From: Octopus sinensis
Taxonomy: Eukaryota
Assembly (NCBI RefSeq): GCF_006345805.1
Contig: NC_042997.1
Location: 69,378,001 to 69,442,000 of the forward strand
DNA: 64,000 bases
Direction: 5' to 3'
This document shows, piece by piece, positions 11,892 to 24,453 of this stretch; the stretch's first letter is position 1; each line of letters opens with the position of its first letter. The notes under the pieces were generated by a model, which ran no database searches, was not told the DNA's origin, and was given only the letters and a program-made list of their open reading frames with translations. A program made the position numbers and the translations under genes.

Positions 11892-11895
<4 letters not shown>
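11236..11895 (-). mobile_element. 5'-truncated Penelope-like element with an inverted pseudo-LTR
   Basis: The minus-strand frame WIILDRAASYRHG...CNLCLLEK...LNQRSELINLCRHATKF is the conserved C-terminus of a PLE GIY-YIG region. About 180-bp inverted arms lie at ~11236-11413 and ~11716-11895, with (TA)n on both sides. Confidence 0.8.
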
Positions 11896-11932
<37 letters not shown>

Positions 11933-12064
11933 AGCTCATTTTTGTTTATCGCTCGAAAATTGACCATTATTTCTAAATGACCAATCAAACAAGTCCATTT
12001 TTAAAGGTGTAGCGTTTGTAATAGTCTGGATAGAATTGACATATCGGTTCCATTCTAGCAAAAA

Positions 12065-12102
12065 CTGTCCGATGAACGGCAACGGGAAACTCAGAGTAAC
12101 AG
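12065..12102 (+). ncRNA. Minimal type I hammerhead-like motif (CCGAUGA variant)
   Basis: Stem I CUGU/ACAG; CCGAUGA at 12069-12075; short CG-GCAA-CG stem II; GAAAC at 12086-12090; near-palindromic stem III ACUC-A-GAGU; cleavage after 12098. Confidence 0.65.
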
Positions 12103-12209
12103 GTTTTGTTGAATTTTCTGCTGCTTTAGATAAAGCATATTACTCTACCACTGGTATTTGAGTACTCTTTTTTCCACCTTGTTTCACATTTATGTGTTTA
12201 CTCCGGTAA

Positions 12210-12240
<31 letters not shown>

Positions 12241-12642
12241 AGGAATCGTTTATTCCTTTGTCTTCTCATTTTCTATTTATATACATATATACATATACGT
12301 ACATATAGAGATGCAGCCCGTGAGACGTTAAATGGAGATGTTGCACTCCTGGAAATCTTACATATACACATACATGCACACACACACATACGCGTGCGTG
12401 TATCTATAATATAACAGTGCGACAGATAGATGTTGATAAAAACTGAACGAAGTAAATCATGTGATCTGTACAATTATATGAAACTCCTGCTGGCGGTGCC
12501 TCAGCGTGGGTGTAGTCAAATGAGTGACATAAGAAAATGAATGAAAGAATATGTGTGGTTTGTATATAGATACAAAACACGCCTCCACTAATATATTCAT
12601 ACAACATATACATAAATATTTCTTTTATTTCTTCTTTTACAG

Positions 12643-12865
12643 CTGTATTTCAAACGTCCAGTGATTGCAATCGCCGTGATCATTTACTTAGGTTCAGACG
12701 GGAGGACATATGACAGCCCTGAGAATAAGTTTATCTTTATCCAATTGATTGATTCTAATAATCAAGTGACTAATGTTGAAAGAAAATTGATGGTTGTTTG
12801 TAACACAAATCCTGTCCATGTATCCATATTCCATGATCTTAGCAAGCCATTTTTCAAGACAAAAG
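12643..12865 (+). CDS. PAPPA: Pappalysin-like coding exon 3 in window
   Basis: ttttacag|CTG...AAAAG|gtata, 223 nt, phase 0/1. LYFKRPVIAIAVIIYLGSDG...CNTNPVHVSIFHDLSKPFFKTK matches YFSQPMVAAAVIVHLVTDG...CRNNPLIIPVVHDLSQPF. Confidence 0.95.
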
Positions 12866-13182
12866 GTATATATCTGTAAATCTATAGTTTCTCCTTAGTT
12901 TATCAGCAACTTATATTTTTGTATGTATTCTCTCCGACAGAGTTGTAAATTTTGTCCCATATACATATTGTTTTTCTTCATTTTGGACATTTCTTATGAT
13001 TAAAGACAATCGACATCTCCCGCACTCTATAGTACATATCTGACATACCAACATGCAATACCTCCATAAACACACACATATATATATACATACTTATGTC
13101 TCTGCATGTGTGTATGTATACATACATACATATATATATGTATATATATGTATATATATAGATGCGTGTGTGTGTGTGTATG

Positions 13183-13214
<32 letters not shown>

Positions 13215-13560
13215 TAAGCAGAAAATGGAGAAAACAAACAAGCAAACAAATCGACCAACATCGGTTAATTATTTTTTAATACAAAACATAGCATAACATT
13301 ACATAACATTTCTTATGGCTGTTTTGGCTGCCAACGTCAGTCGGTGCTTACAAAAAAAATTCCGAAAATAATATTCGCCATCTTTATAGCACGTACGATC
13401 TAGTACGATGAGCTTCATCAGGGTGAATACAAATACATAAAATAAAAGAAGAGAAGGGAAGAGGGAAAGGGGAAGAGAAAAGAACGGTGTTTTATTTTAA
13501 TTTGAATGCTTCCTGATTCCGATGGTAAATAATCTTTGAATTTTGTATTGCTCTTTTAAG

Positions 13561-13807
13561 GTATAAAACTATCACTTTCTTCCGCAAACATTGCTATTGC
13601 TGGCGTTCGACTCCGCTCTTCCGAGAATTTTGATCCTATAACACCAGAGAACTGTGGTGGAGACGAATTTTACAATCCACGATCGCAACAATGCGTTAAC
13701 CAAACATGTCCGCCGATGTTATGTGAACCACTTGTCATAAAGAACTCTGCGATATCATGCACTGGACGAAGTGAAAGTGATGTCTGCCACATTAGTTGTA
13801 TGGACGG
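13561..13807 (+). CDS. PAPPA: Pappalysin-like coding exon 4 in window (start of CCP1)
   Basis: ttttaag|GT...GACGG|gtaagt, 247 nt, phase 1/2. (G)IKLSLSSANIAIAGVRLRSSENFDPITPENCGGDEFYNPRSQQCVNQTCPPMLCEPLVIKNSAISCTGRSESDVCHISCMD(G). Missed by the ORF track. Confidence 0.95.
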
Positions 13808-14459
13808 GTAAGTTTCGATATCCTCTTTGTCGAGATCATAAATAATTGATAAAATGAAATAAAAGAATATCATGAAATACTCAGGTTTATAATAGATGTA
13901 ATGAGCTTTATAAATGAGTTAATTACCATCATTAACTACATTAAGTCGGAAGCAAACGAAGTTTCGTGTTTACCATGAAGACTCAATTACTGATTTTGTA
14001 ATGATCAGCGCATTTCTCTATCACGAAATAAAATTTTTAATATTAGGTTACTACAATTTTGAGTACACTGTGACGTTGAACTATGTATGGTATTCCAACA
14101 AAACGCTTCTCAGTTTATGCACCACTACACATTACGTGTATCAAGAAATTATTCAACTTTACTGTTGTAATTTACAAATAATTGTTCCTGAGGTTGATCT
14201 CAGTTGTATAATATTTGTAGCATTTGCAAAGGAAGCATTGCTCGTTTCCTAGAGGTGGGTGACCTGACTAATGGTGGTGGCTACAATATTATTAAAGTAA
14301 TAAGCGGCAGGTCAGCAGTTCCACATTTACCCGTTGATTTATCTTTTATCTGTCTCATATCACTACAGTGTGATAGGAGGTGTGAAGGTGTAAAGCAGCC
14401 TTACGAACGTGTATAGTGCACAGTTTTGATTTGCTGTGAAAAGTCCTGGTTAAAACACA

Positions 14460-14725
<266 letters not shown>

Positions 14726-16070
14726 CTATATATATCGGTAGAGGAAATGAGATTTACTTGTATAGATTCAGCTTGGTTTACCGCATCGAATGAAATCGGT
14801 AATCAAATTAGCAGTTCAGAGAGAAAAACATGCAATTTCTAACCATATCATCTTCTTTCCTCAGTAAAGCTACAAACGCACATTTACTTAAAACACGCGA
14901 TCTTTCTTTCATTATACATCTTTGTTTCCCTTCATACTGTGTGGTGTTTCAATTAATTAATTCCGTTGCCAACGTGTGCAACGTTGTGCCAATTAGGGCA
15001 GACCAGTTTAGCTCCATCTGAGCTTTTGCATATATAAATATAAATACTCTAAAATACTATTACGAAGTAGGAGCACTAAGTATGTTTGAACTGATAATAA
15101 CATCGCATCAAAAAATACTATCCTCACTGTGGCCAGGAAAACTAGTAATCTATTACTATCAGAATCTCGGGTAAGGAGTGACACTCATGCGATTTCGTGG
15201 TGTAGTGTCTAGATCTTGTTTGTACATATCCAAGCTCTTTTACCGTACACTTCCTCTCTAAAACTTCTAAGAACGTCTATTCAGGATAAACAGTGCCCTT
15301 TCCGGTCAAAACAAAAGGATTGATATCACCTACAGTTTCGACGAGTGATATATTTTTTATGATACAACCAACAATGACTACTTTTTTCTTTCGACAGCTT
15401 AGCAGCAATTTCCTGATTTTTCACTTATTATAGCACACTCTATGACTTTTTGTCTGCATTCAAGCAGTCAAACAGCTTCTGAGAAATTGTGACTCGGTTC
15501 CCAATATGTTCGCCCAGGCACTGGCGGCGCGCATTTTAAGGCAATACAATGTATCATTTTTTCTTTTAAAGACATGATGTAAACTTTTATAGATTCTTAC
15601 TTGTTTGAAAACTTCAGCATTGTAAGGTAATAATTTTCATGGATTAAAACAAGAACTTTTGTCATGAGGTCGTCGTTTTTTGAAATGGAAGAGCGTTTAG
15701 ATTTTGGCTTGTCTTTAGTGGATGTTGTTTCCAATTTGAAATGCTGATGTCACTCTGCTTTGAATATTAGAGCTTCGGAATCAGGAGATTATATTTTCTT
15801 CTTTTTATTTTAAAATAATAATGAAGCTACTTTAAAACTGAAACAATAATGTGGAATCATATTCCATTGCTTAGTAAATGTATTTCTATATGAATTGTAT
15901 GACAAAAACACGATTATCTTATTAGAGCTACACCAGATTTCAAGCAATACTACTTATGTATATTCAATAAAGAAAACATTCTTTCACAATGGATAAGTGT
16001 TTTTGATTTTCTAAGAAATTACTCTGTACTTTTATAATTTATTTCGGTTTCCATTATTATTATATTTTAG

Positions 16071-16261
16071 TTATCAACTAAACTACGCTCTAAATGAAGT
16101 AGTTTGTGCAGATGGTCACTGGCAGCGCTCCGAAGAGATTAGCTGTCTCCCTGTCGACTGCAGACTACCATCCATGGTGCATACAACATTTTCTTGTCCG
16201 TATGGTACGTCGTACAAGAAACACTGTACATTTACTTGCAATCCTCCGGCCCAACTTAAAG
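16071..16261 (+). CDS. PAPPA: Pappalysin-like coding exon 5 in window (CCP1/CCP2)
   Basis: ttttag|T...AAAG|gtatgt, 191 nt, phase 2/1. YQLNYALNEVVCADGHWQRSEEISCLPVDCRLPSMVHTTFSCPYGTSYKKHCTFTCNPPAQLK(G) matches CEPVDC...FSCPEGTTFGSQCSFQCRHPAQLKG. Confidence 0.95.
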
Positions 16262-16625
16262 GTATGTTACTTTCAAAATGAACCATTTTTAAAAACGAAA
16301 ATCACTATCAGTTATCTTAATTTCATCCATATACACGAAACTTTATTGGGAAAAAATATGGTATATATCAATATTTTATCAAATATAGGATATTGACAGA
16401 AGTCAGCTCTTTGATTTTTTTCAGTGTCCTTTATCGTGTAGAACTGGTATTCATTGTGAGGAAGCGGTTACCCAAGCTTACGTAGATACGAATAAGTGAT
16501 AAAGATCATATTTGTAGTGAGCGCAGCACATAATTGATTGACTTAACGTGGAAAAGATGACATTTGTCTCATTTTTGCTTAGAGTGAAAAAGGAAACACG
16601 CACACGAGCGCGATAGTGTGTGCGC

Positions 16626-16672
<47 letters not shown>

Positions 16673-17402
16673 TGTGTGTAGTTTCACCTGACGAGTTATT
16701 AAGCCAATTTAGTTGAATAAGCTGTCGTGTGTAACTTAAAGTCCGTGTAAAAAAAAGAGTTTTATTATAAATGTATATTTTTGTATGCGTTTGACCGTAC
16801 CATGTCTGTGTTTACCAGTGAAACTTTGTGTTTTGTCACTTTGATACAAAGCTTGCATCAGTGATTCGATAATCAGTGATCTTTAAATAGATATCGATAA
16901 GATACATACCAGACGGAAAAATTCCTGGTTTCTTTGAAGATGAAAATCCTTACATGGCCGCAATCTAGTCGCTGAAAGTAGTAAAGCAACGCAAGAATGT
17001 CTCGTCTTTCTTTATCTAATTATTTTTTCTTTCCACATATGTCAGGTCATTTCCTCTAACAATGAATATTAAATGGCTTTTAGACCACAATAATTTCACT
17101 TATTTATTTTATAGCGCCATCAGTACATTGAAGCTGAATAATTGACATCAGCTATTTATGTTCTTTCTTTGAGAATCCCAGTCTTTGGAAGATCATTGTG
17201 TAAATATTTGTTAACAACAATCAAGGCTGCCAATAACTATAACACGATCGAAGTCTTGAATCAGTTGATCATATATATATGTATGTGTGTGTGCGAGTGT
17301 GTGTATATACGTATGTATATTTGTATGCGTATGTTTGTGTGTATCTTTGTGTGTGTATATATATACATATATGTATTATATATTTCATATATACATATAT
17401 GC

Positions 17403-17502
<100 letters not shown>

Positions 17503-18372
17503 TCTACATTAACTTTTGATGTGTCATTCCCATTAGTTACGAAATAGATGTCTCCAAACCGGCATCTTGCCTGAAACAGTTGATTCAATGACCAGCTTCA
17601 ATGAAATTTTTCCACTGTACTGCTTACAATTATTTAGAAACATATTCTGGTGTTTCTTCAATCTCCTACTGGTTTCAGTCTTTGGACTACGGTCACGCTG
17701 GAGCCTCAACTTCAAAGGAATTTTTTCCGATCATATCGGCTGCAGTAATGATTTCAGTCTTGCGGTTATTTTATTGACAGCTTTTATTTGGTAAAATGAG
17801 TAAATCTATTTGATATACCATAATTTTCTTTTTAGTGGCTAGCTTAAGTACGCACATGTTCAAAACCACATATCTATACACACACTCGTACGCACGCACG
17901 CACGCACACATGCATGTATGTATGTATGTATGTATGTATGTATGTATGTATGTATGTATGCATAGTTAAATCGAATACTCAGTGTGTGTGTGTTACTCAG
18001 TGTGTGTGTGTTACTCAGTGTGTGTGTTCGACGGTTCCCTGCGATAACGCGCTTTGGGGATGATTCCCTCATAGCGCTGAGCTTTAAACCACCTGAAAGT
18101 CATAGACAGGCAAGACAACTTGCCTCCAATCCCACTCAGGAGTTATGGATATCGATATTTCGCCACATGGTATTGATAAGTCACTAAAATGGCTTTCAGG
18201 TAATATTTACGACACTAACGGTGCTTTGAACTTGTAATTGAAGATACATACACACACACATACATACATATATACATACATACATACATACATACATACA
18301 TACATACATACATGCATACATACATACATACATACATACATGCATACATACATACATACATACATACATACA

Positions 18373-18404
<32 letters not shown>

Positions 18405-18413
18405 CATATATAT

Positions 18414-20754
18414 CAGTGGCAACTCCGGCACTCGGGCTATTCGAGCTTAGCCCAAGTATAAATTTAGCTAAAGTGAACGTGTATTTGCAAGCTGATATAA
18501 TTTCTGCCAACACTGACTTCAAGCATGAAATTACAACCAATAACTCGGGCTCCTTTTATTGAGCCTGGTTGCTAAAACGAACGAGCCTGGTAGGTGTAAA
18601 GGACTAACTGACATCTCTTGTGAAGGGTACAGCTGACAGATCGGTGATGTTTGTTGTGCACTCCGCTCTCATTGTTTGATTGCTGTTATCCACCAACTCG
18701 GGCTAATACGAAAGAGCCTGGTAAGTGTAAAGGACCAACTCACATCTCTTGCAAAAAGTATAGGCGGCAATCAGATCGCTGATATTTATTGTGCACTCCG
18801 CTTTCATTATTTGGTTGCAGTTATTCTGTGAATGTGTGTATAAAGATCAGTTGTGTTTTGCATGGTTGCCTTATTTTTACTCCCGACTTAGAAATGGGGA
18901 AAGACAGAGTGCTAGATATAAAAAACAAGCCATTTGGGGCTAGAAATATTGCGGGTAAACGTGAAATTCTTCGAGAAGCTAGGCCGACTCCATCATTGAA
19001 AACTAAAGTTGGAACTTGCACATTCCAAATAAAATGGTATGAACAGATTAATTGGCTTTGTGCAAGTAGCGTCACAGAGAAACTCTACTGGCGGCCATGC
19101 TTGTTGTTTCAACTAAGAGCTAATCGATCGTGGACAAATGGAGGCTATAATAATTCTAAAAACATCCCAAGTGACTGTAAGCACCACAGTAAATCAGCGA
19201 GTAATTGAAGTAGTTATAAAAGCTTGAAAACTTTCGGACTGAACGATATAGTAACAGCTACTAGTGAATCTGCTAAACTGGCAAAAGAACGACATAACAA
19301 AGCAGCTGAAGAAAATAGACAATATTTAAAGCACTTAACAAATGCATAAACAAGAGTTGCCTTTACATAGACATGATGAAGGGAGTCACAACCTTAAAAG
19401 AGGAAATTGCCGTGAACTATTGCAGTACTTTGAAATCGACAGCTTATTTGCTTCTAGACTTTCTACTAGAGAGGGACCGAAACGATTTTCAGGAGTCTCA
19501 AGTACAATAGAAATATCATCTCTGATGAAATTAGAAGCGAAATTGATAAAGCTCCGTTTATGTCGGTATAAGCCGACGAAACTACAGACTGTACAATGCA
19601 TGCCCAACTGTCAATCAGAATAATATGAAGACAAAACATGTGAACAATTTCATGGATTCTATGAAGTCAGTGATGATAAAAGTGCTACGAGACTGACTGA
19701 TGTGATCACAACTGCGTTTAACTCCTTCAGTGACGCTACAGATAAATTAGTGAGCCAGATTTACTACAGAGCAACTGCAATGGCAGGAACGCTAAACAGA
19801 GTACAAAGCTAGGTGAGTGGAGTAATATTTTTTCTCACATTTACGCGCATTTAGTAAATTTACTTTATCCAGTACCAAGCAGAAAAACGTTTCCAGACAA
19901 TATTCAGCACCGTGCGAAACAAGATGGTGTTACAGATAAAGAACTGTGTCATCCATAAAGCTATTGCATGAAACCTTGAAAAATGCCTTTACATCTATTC
20001 TAGGGATGAAGATGCACTTTGTCAAACAAACAATCTATTGGCAAAGTTGAATGATTTCACGTTTATGTTTTTCATCAATAGCTTTCATAATATACTTCCT
20101 CAGCCTGGAAAAGTCTTTGACATCCTACAGTGTAAGCTACTCGACATAAAGCATGGTCAGAGTATCGAAAGGACGAACATTATAAAAAACATTCTGCACG
20201 ATACAGCTGCTGTCATTGAATAAGCAGATGAGTTCGATTCTTCTCCTGGAAAAAGAGTAAGAGGTATACAAATTAATTACAAAACTACCAATTTTGAAAT
20301 AATCGATAACATTCTAATGTCCTTACGAGAGAGATTTTCTGGCGTTCAGGAGTATGCATTTTTTGAATTTCTTGACATTAGTAAGTTTGAAGAGTTTGCT
20401 AACTAGTTTCCCATGTGGGCTCTCTAGAAAACAAGTATCCCTGTATTTTTGACTCTAAAAGCTTAGTGAACGAGCTGAAATATTTGTATATTGACAGTGA
20501 TTTCAAAAAGTGCAAGGCAATCAACTTCATTTTAGAATTACTGTATGAATTGGAGTTAACTTCTGCTATGCCGGAATCTATTAAACTAAATAAATTAGTG
20601 CTGACCATCCCCTTTACATCAGTTGCTAATGAAAGAAGTTTCTCTCTACGTTAGATACAATCCACTCATATCTGAGAAGCACTCTCTTATACATGTGTCT
20701 TACGCGAAATTTGTGATGAGCCCGAGTGAAGCTGATGACCTGTAGTCGCCTCTG
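18414..20754 (+). mobile_element. Decayed hAT DNA transposon (ZMYM1/DUF4371-type transposase pseudogene)
   Basis: TIRs CAGTGGCAACTCC and (reverse complement) CAGAGGCGACTAC; subterminal ACTCGGGCT repeats. Broken frames include WYEQINWLCAS..KLYWRPCLLF (TTF-type zinc finger), HDEGSHNLKRGNCRELL, APFMSV*ADETTD and LTIPFTSVANERSFS (dimerization domain). Flanks ATATATAT/ATGTGTAT. Confidence 0.88.
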
Positions 20755-21004
20755 ATGTGTATATATACACACACACATAGGCGCGCGCACACGCACGCAC
20801 ACACAGACACACACACACACACACATATATAAATTACAAAAATGGCACAAGAACACAAAACATCCAGACAGACGATACAAAGAAAACAAGGACGAATCAT
20901 TCGGAGTTTTCTATCCTCAGTCGAGTTCCAGATTATCTTTGCAATTGCGGCTGGTTATATATATGTATGTATGTATGTATGTAAATATACGTATGTATAT
21001 ATAC

Positions 21005-21097
<93 letters not shown>

Positions 21098-21124
21098 CAT
21101 ATATATATATATTATTTTATGTAG

Positions 21125-21530
21125 AAAAATACAAACTGGGACAAGAACGTAAAACATTTAGAAGACGATACAAAAAACACGGACGGGACATTCGAAGCCT
21201 TCAATCTTCAGTCAAGAACCGGATCATCGTAGCAATTTCGGCTGATTAAACTTGAGATCGCTCCGATCCGGCCAGCCCCAAGGAAAAACTAATCTACGAA
21301 CATTAGATTTCTTGGAAGAAGGATCGAATGTATACGAAACAGGGACGGAAAAACGGACGATGCCACACGAATATAAAATACAAAAAACAATAATGGTAAA
21401 AACGGGACAAAAACAGCGGGTGTCTTACGACAAATAAACAGTACAACAAGTTTAGCTGGGGTATTTTTAAAAAATGCCTTTATCGGCAGACGAATACAAC
21501 AGATGTTTTCACGGCAGTGGTCGAAGGCCA
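21125..21530. repeat. About 400-bp interspersed repeat next to (TA)n (family member)
   Basis: aaatacaaactgggacaagaacg...gacattcgaagccttcaatcttcagtcaagaacc...cattagatt. Copies lie at ~28455-28745 and ~60368-60785, and a diverged part at ~20830-20955. Confidence 0.8.
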
Positions 21531-21948
21531 AAAGGCTGAATTTGACCAGCGGTCACGTGACAGAAGAAAGAGAAAAGAAAGGGGGCAAAGGAAACAAAGA
21601 CAGAGAGAGAAAGAGGGACGAAAGCAACAAAGGGGGGAGAAGAGAGAGAAAGAAGGAATTAAAGAGGGGAGAAGAAAGAGTGCGTGCCAAGGAGGGCTAG
21701 TGAGTGCAAGGTGAGAATGACAGAGAATTGTGAGAGAGTGGGGGGAAGAGTAGACCAAAGAATCAGAGGCAAGAAAAGAGAAAAGGAGGAGAAGTAGAGA
21801 GAGAAGGGGACAGATCAAAGTAGAGTGCAAAGTGTGAAAGGCAGAGAAATGTAGGAGAGAGAGACAGTGTGTAGAGTCGTACCAAATTTTTATAGGAATA
21901 TGTACTTACATACAAAGCCAAAGAGGGTACGGACGTCGCTATATATAT

Positions 21949-22037
<89 letters not shown>

Positions 22038-22764
22038 GTAAATATATGTATGTATATATAATATTTATATAATATAATGTGTGTGTGTGAGTGCATATAT
22101 ATATATATGTGTGTGTGTGTCTGTGACTGCGTGTGTATCGTTGGTGATATTCTTTCTCCGTCTTCCCTTCTTTTGAGTTTTTCTCCGCTCGAAACGTGAA
22201 ATCCTCTTTCTTTTCTTTCCTTTCCTGAGCGTCCAATAACACTGTACTTAAGCGGGAATGCTTTCTAGAAAGCACTAACGTACGGTTCCCAATACAAAAG
22301 AAAATCTACATATTCTGAAAGGGTATAGTTTAATATCCTCTTGGAAACACGTTGCTAATTTCTTGTTTCAATGTAAAAACTAGACAGAAACTCTTGCTAA
22401 AATTCAACTTATTTAAACCTGCAGTCAAATTCATCTTTTCCATTTAAAATAAAAGAGGTTATTCAACAAGCTACCCCAGCGCTTATTTCACTGAACGGTT
22501 CTCTAAAATCGCCGAAATAAAAGACAAGTATTTACAAAACAAATAAATAAATAAATAATGGTTCAAACTATAAATAATTCTCACGAAATATATTCCTCGC
22601 TATTTGATAGTTTTACAAGCCAACAATGAAGTAAAAATATTTTTTTTAATGCTATGCAAAATTTCCGGCTTTTTCTTGAGTTTTCGTTTGTGGTGTTTCT
22701 CTCACACGCAAAATTTCAAATATTTAGAGGCTTTTCGAATTTCGAAGTATTACTCATAAATAAA

Positions 22765-22804
<40 letters not shown>

Positions 22805-24047
22805 GCATACATGCGTGTAACTATTAATGTTCATATAAAGATGTATATGAAATCAATTGCAGCCGAGCTTATTCTCTAATGTTTTGCTTTAAATGACATA
22901 TGTCAATCAACATAAAAGAATTATTTTCAAATTAAAACATGACCTGATGTACGATATACAACTCTGGTGATACTTACAAGTAAGAGCAGCTGCTGTCTAT
23001 ATAGCAGACTGTTTGACATGTATGGGTTCATTTATGTTAGATTTTTTCTTTGTTATATTTTTTGATTTACTTTAGTTTGTAGCTGATGTCTCTCAACATC
23101 ACCCTCCTTTCAGTGTCTGGCCTTTGTTTGTGTTAAATATAATGGGCATTAAACTCACTTGATGAGAATCATTGAACCTGTTCCAGTGTACACGCTTGCA
23201 CATGAGGAGTATGTGTGTGGTGTGTGCGTGTGCGAACGTGTGTGTGTGTGTGTGTGTGTGCGCGTATGTTTGTATATGTATATATATATATATATATATA
23301 TACATACATACATATATATATACACATATACAAACATACATATATATGTGTGTGAAATAAGGAAAGCTTTTTACAGCGCAGAGGTGAAAGAAGTGTACAG
23401 TCAATGAAATATGTGTCTACGTAGATCCTACCATTTGTATACACATATGAGCAGTGAAATTGTTTTAGTCCGGTTATTGTGCTAGCAGCAGCAGCAGCTC
23501 TCCAAATCTTGGCGACTGAATCCAGATTTAAGTGGTTGGGAAACAAACTTTTTATTCACTCGCGGCTGCGCCGATGTTTATTATACTTATTTATCTGGAC
23601 TGTGTTGGAGTGATACTGTGTTTAAGATGGCAATGTAGTAGTATTCTAAAATGTAAATTAATTGGAGTTAATTGTAGATGATGTGACAGGGTCTGTGAAG
23701 ACTGGAGTCTGTGCTGCAATAAACAGTGCTGTTGCTTGTACACCTTTTACTATTCTATGTTTCGTTACAGAAATAGTATCTCAATGTGCTGCCTGCGATG
23801 AAGCAAAATATTTTCTATTGCGCTCTTTGTATTTTATGATTTGTTATTGGTATATTAGTCGGGAACTAGGTAAGACAGTGTGTGTGCGTATGTATGTATT
23901 TCAATGATAAAACAATTATACAATGTTAGGTATTTACATATGCAAAATTTTCTCTTCTTAACCTCATTTACACTAAAACGGATTCATTTACACAAACAGA
24001 TTCTTAAAGAATATTACAAATGAAATACAGTATTTTATCATTTAGAG

Positions 24048-24453
24048 CAGGGGTGGGGAAAACCCCTCCCGCGGGCACAATTTCGCCCGTGAGCCCTGCG
24101 ACATAACTCGCGTTTCCACTACGACTTGAAAGAGTCAGACTCGAATAGAAATCATCCGGTAATTACCATTTGAATGGAAATGTTGTTATCACTATAAAAC
24201 ATATATTACTATGTTAGTACCACTCCCTTGAGACCCGTGAAAAATATAGGATACCTCATAAGGTATTCAGTGGCGGCGTTAATGAATATGTTACGCGTTA
24301 ATATAATGTGGTATCTTTATTAATGTATATTGAATTATACATAGATATATATAGAAACAAGATTTACACAGATATAAGAGTTAGAACTTGCGACCTGCCT
24401 GTCTTGTTCCTTGGAAATTTTTGCCCGCCGTATTAAAAAGTTTCCCACCCCTG
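24048..24453. mobile_element. hAT-family MITE (406 bp)
   Basis: TIRs CAGGGGTGGG(G)AAA and an 8-bp TSD ATTTAGAG/CTTTAGAG (7 of 8 match). Confidence 0.88.

Noticed and set aside
13371-13425. Minus-strand CUGAUGA with a good stem II
   Set aside because: It is followed by GAAUA with no stem III or stem I partner.
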